From Chromera velia (taxonomy: Eukaryota): a DNA stretch of 20,000 nucleotides. The translations under genes were made by a program, and so were the position numbers. Positions 16,864-20,000 of the stretch are shown here, one piece after another. How positions within the stretch are numbered: position 1 is the first letter of the stretch; the number at the start of each line of letters is the position of its first letter. The notes under the pieces were generated by a model. The model made no database searches, had not been told where the DNA came from, and saw nothing but the letters and a program-made list of their open reading frames with translations. The stretch spans positions 114,648-134,647 of the forward strand of contig JAHBMJ010000179.1 in NCBI GenBank assembly GCA_018398765.1, given 5' to 3'.

Positions 16864-19130
16864 TCAGACAACCTTCTGCTGCTGAACCTCCTCCCCTGAA
16901 GCGGAGGCACCTCCAGATTCCGCACCCGCCAGACCTGCGAACCCCTCAGGCCCCCCAATGCCCCCCTCGGGAACAGCCTGCTGCTGTTGTTGCTGCTGCT
17001 GGAGGGCCCCGAACAGAAACGCCCCGGCACCTCCAGGCATGGCTGCCGCCGCGTGCAGAGCAGCCGCTGCTTGGGGTTGGAAGAGTCCGGCAGCCTGCTG
17101 TGCCTGCTGTTGCTGGGAGGCCTGCTCGCTGTCTCCCCCATTCGGCGCACTTCCGTTCTGCTGCTGCTGCTGTTGTTGTTGTTGCTGAGCCGCCTGCATC
17201 TGTTGGTACTGGGCGGCAAGGAGAAGCTGCCTGATCTGGAGGTTCTGCTGGATCGGGTGGGGTGCAAATTGGGGGGCCTGGCCGAGGGCTCCGAAAAGTC
17301 CCGGCTGCTGAGGAGGGGGGGTCTGGGAGGCAGGGCGGGGGGGGGAGGATCCGTTCTGCTGAGGAGGTTGGCTGTCCTGGTCTGCCTGCTGTTGCTGCTG
17401 CTGTTGCTGCTGCTGTTGGGCTTGGTGTTGCATGTGCAGGTTGTGCAGGTGTTGCAGCTGGAGCCAGTAGAAGAACTGCTGAGGACTGATCAAATTCTTC
17501 TGATCACCTCCGGCAGCCGCCCCATTTGCTGCTGCTGCAGCACCCGAGAGAGCATTCAGATCACCGATACCCCCCTCAGCCCCCCCAGCGGCAGGGAACT
17601 GAAGTCCCGGGAACAAAGCAGCTCCGGGGATCTGAAGCTGTTGTCCCGGCTGCTGTTGCTGGGGCACACCGAGAGCACGGAAGCTGTTCGAGTTCTGCTG
17701 GGACACTGATGTTGCAGCAGTCTGGAATCCCGTAGTGTCGCTCTCTCCGTTGTTTGTGCCCCCAGACCTCCGAGATCCCACACCACTACCACGAGGACGA
17801 CCACGAGGTCTCCCTGTCCCCCTTGGCTGTTTCACAACACTTGTCGCCCTCCCACGGGAAGAACTGCCACCCCGACCCCTGGTGCTGGTGCCCCCCCGAC
17901 CCCGACCACGGCCTCGTGAACCACGGGGTCGACCACGGGACCTCGGGGGATCGGCTGAGGAGGTGAGAGGGGGGTCTGCTTCAGCGGGGTTGATCTGGGA
18001 GGAGGAAGAGGCAGAAGCCGCAGCGGTGGCTGCGGAAGCTGCTGAAGCTGCGGCTGCTGCGCGCTCTTCACGCTGGGCAGCAGACAGGGGAGGGCGACCT
18101 CGAGGGCGTCCTGTGGGTGCTCTGCCTCCTCTGCCCCCCCTGCCTCTGGTGGTCGGGGTGAAGGGGGCCTTCGGAAGACTCGCTCTCTCGGCCATCTCTC
18201 TGCGGGACTTGACCATCTCGGCGGGGGGCTCTCCGGTGTGTTTCTCGACCTCCTTCATTCTCTCCCAGTCTCGCTTCTCGGCGGAGTATCGGGCCTTTTC
18301 GGCATCCTCCAGAGCTACGTAGTGCTGCAGAAGAGGCAGAGAAAACGGGAGGGAAATCTGTGAGGTGGAGGATCGAGAGTCAACAGAACCAGAAAGGACG
18401 AGAGGGAACAAGCAGAGGCAAGAGGTTATGCTGCCCAAGAATTACACCTTCCGGACTGACCGCTTTGCGAGCTGGATCCATGTCACGCCATTCTTCGCCT
18501 GCACGTATGCCAAGAAGGGGGGAAAGACACGTATGAGATTGTTGCTCAACACTCATGGTCGTGTTGGAAAGGAGGCAGGTCAACTGACCGATCATTCTGG
18601 CGATCTGGGTCACGTCACACTTCTCCTTGTCGTGCCGGGCCTGTCGCAGCTGTGCATGGCGTTCCTTGGAGTAGAAAAGAAACGCTGTGCAGATTTTTTT
18701 CGGCAGAGAGGGGTCCTGCAACAGAGGAGGACAACAGGCAGAAAGGAGACTCATGTCAATACGTCAACAGCGGGGCTGTTGGACAGGAGTTTCTTTACTC
18801 CTTCTTGCAACAGTACCAACTGACCAAATGATGCTTCCTCCGCTTCATTCGTCCATGCTCAGGGCTGTTGGTAAGAACACCGTTCATGCCGTTCAGAGGG
18901 GGATCTTCCTGTTCCTCCTCCATCTCTCCAATACCCATTGTTTCGTCGTTGTGCAGATCGTCCCCCTGCAAACAAGAACAAAACAAGATAGTGAACCCAG
19001 GACGACGGCGCATTCAACATTGGATCTCTGGCCAACACCCCAAAAAAGCCATCTGCAAGGTGTTTCTCGGTTCACTTACCACTGGCAGATCCTGCGGGTG
19101 GAAGTCCTCGTCGTTTCCAACCAAGCTCAT
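16864..19130 (-). CDS. HMG-box DNA-binding protein with AT-hooks, RG-rich region and polyQ/polyA C-terminal region; complement(join(16864..18324,18461..18498,18589..18715,18825..18965,19080..19130)), 605 aa
   Basis: The spliced product reads RRKHHL|DPSLPKKICTAFLFYSKERHAQLRQ...VTQIARMIG|EEWRDMDPARKA|HYVALEDAEKARYSAEKRDW, a canonical HMG box. Four GT-AG introns (GTAAGT, 3x GTCAGT) have consistent phases. Start context caaaATG at 19130. AT-hook-like GRPRGRPP, RGRPRG and GRPRGRPRG; several Q tracts. Confidence 0.9.
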
Positions 19131-20000
19131 TTTGCGCTGTTAAGCTGTCTGCTTGTTTCTGAAGACGTTCGTGTGAAGAAAAACTGATCACTTCACAGGC
19201 GGGAGTGTCTCTCTCTCTCAAACAACTCAACACAACCGGTCACAGAATTCTGATACCTCGGTTGCCAATACAGCGTTGCTCCAGTCTGTATTCCAACTCT
19301 CTGTATTGCTGGAACTGTATATTGAAGTGAAGGAAATGTGTCTGCAGAAATTCAGAAATTTAAAAGCCGTTACAGAGGGGGCTGTTTTGTATTATTCATA
19401 ATATCGCTGTCAATATTTTTTTCGGCCAGAAAAATTTTTTTTTTATCGATATTTTTCGAAAACTTGAGTTTGGTGAAACACCCTCCGTTTGGTTGTTTTT
19501 TCTGAGTTTTTTCAAGAACGTGGAGGAAAAACTTGAGTTCTAGACTGTTGCCCGAAGTGGCAGCCCCGAAAAAGTCTAAATCACGCGACACACCTGTGTT
19601 GTGTGAATTCCTTTTATGGCGCGGCTCTGGTTAAACGCCTTTCCCCCCCCAAATAGGTGAATTCCATGTATGGCACAGAAGCCGGCCGGCCTTCAGATTC
19701 AGGATTGAGCTAAGGTTATTGTCACGCTCCGCGCGCTCGCGCGCACAAAAGGCATGCTTTTCTCCATCCACCCGGCCGTCGATCATGCTCGTATCGGCGT
19801 GCATTGGATTGAAGTCAGACGCGAACACAAGACAGCCACACCCTAATTCTCCTTCACCATTCCACAGAACCACTCCGCTGTGGACCGTGTGAAAGCGTAC
19901 AAGCACGCACTGCGAGTTGAGCTGCCAGCAAACTTCGAATCTTCAGTCCCGGTCGCAGTGTTTGACTGCCTGACCGTTTGACTGACCGACAAGTCCTCTC

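Noticed and set aside
16958..18322. Plus-strand poly-Leu/poly-Cys/Pro-Arg ORFs
   Set aside because: Antisense translations of the CAG (polyQ) and RG-rich tracts of the HMG gene.

Overview
Eukaryotic genomic DNA with short GT-AG introns, purine/pyrimidine-tract non-coding DNA and many microsatellites. The style suggests an alveolate protist (chromerid/apicomplexan-like), which is inference only. Four protein-coding genes are supportable. (1) The last exon of a low-complexity R/E/S/G-rich protein ending in DxxQFPSL (22-654, +). (2) A two-exon class-3-lipase-like alpha/beta-hydrolase with a signal peptide (5059-6821, -). (3) Head-to-head with it, a large TRAFAC-type P-loop GTPase with coiled coils and a C-terminal transmembrane hairpin (7462-10107, +, probably with an in-frame 192-nt intron). 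(4) A five-exon HMG-box + AT-hook + polyQ nuclear protein (16864-19130, -). The lipase/GTPase pair is the most unusual element. It is intron-poor, shares a ~640-bp divergent spacer with a duplicated motif module and a perfect inverted repeat, and lies between AT-rich, CTAG/TAGCTA-dense blocks unlike the rest of the window. All gene models were built by eye from splice signals and reading frame; no database search was possible.
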